DNA of 64,000 bases, taken from assembly GCF_001194135.2 (NCBI RefSeq), contig NC_068983.1:419487-483486 (forward strand). The letters run 5' to 3'. This DNA is from Octopus bimaculoides (lineage: Eukaryota). Numbering within the stretch: the stretch's first letter is position 1; each line of letters starts with the position of its first letter. Both the position numbers and the translations under genes were made by a program. The notes beneath the pieces are model-generated. The model saw only the letters and a program-made list of their open reading frames with translations, was not told the origin of the DNA and did no database searches. Positions 63,957 through 64,000 of this stretch are shown here, one piece after another.

Positions 63957-64000
<44 letters not shown>
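63876..64000 (+). mobile_element. tRNA-derived SINE head followed by (AAT)n
   Basis: GGGCATATGACGTAGTGGTTAAG (A box) and GAGTTCGATTCC (B box). No closing acceptor stem; window ends in the repeat. Confidence 0.7.

Noticed and set aside
63876-63960. Possible tRNA gene
   Set aside because: A and B boxes are present, but there is no acceptor-stem closure and it runs into (AAT)n. It is a SINE head.

Overview
AT-rich (roughly 35% GC by eye), microsatellite-dense animal genomic DNA with about ten N-gaps. The SINE, LINE and mariner repertoire and the microsatellite load look like an octopod cephalopod draft scaffold (inference; no database check). No intact protein-coding gene, rRNA, true tRNA or CRISPR array is supported. 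Nearly all long ORFs in the track are microsatellite or N-gap artefacts, or decayed transposon frames. Recognisable content: a TIR/TA-bounded mariner, a two-left-end mariner MITE, several fold-back elements, many tRNA-derived SINEs, and LINE remnants (R4/Dong-like RLE, a second RLE family, CR1/L2-like, RTE, Tx1). There are also Penelope-like GIY-YIG remnants. The most interesting signal is four type-I hammerhead ribozyme motifs with palindromic stem III, from at least two repeat families (about 8.95, 10.9, 44.2 and 60.1 kb). A hammerhead-like motif with a non-canonical core is reiterated in the 3' tail of an RLE LINE. A few isolated candidate exons and promoter-like clusters suggest the window may be intronic, but no gene model can be established.
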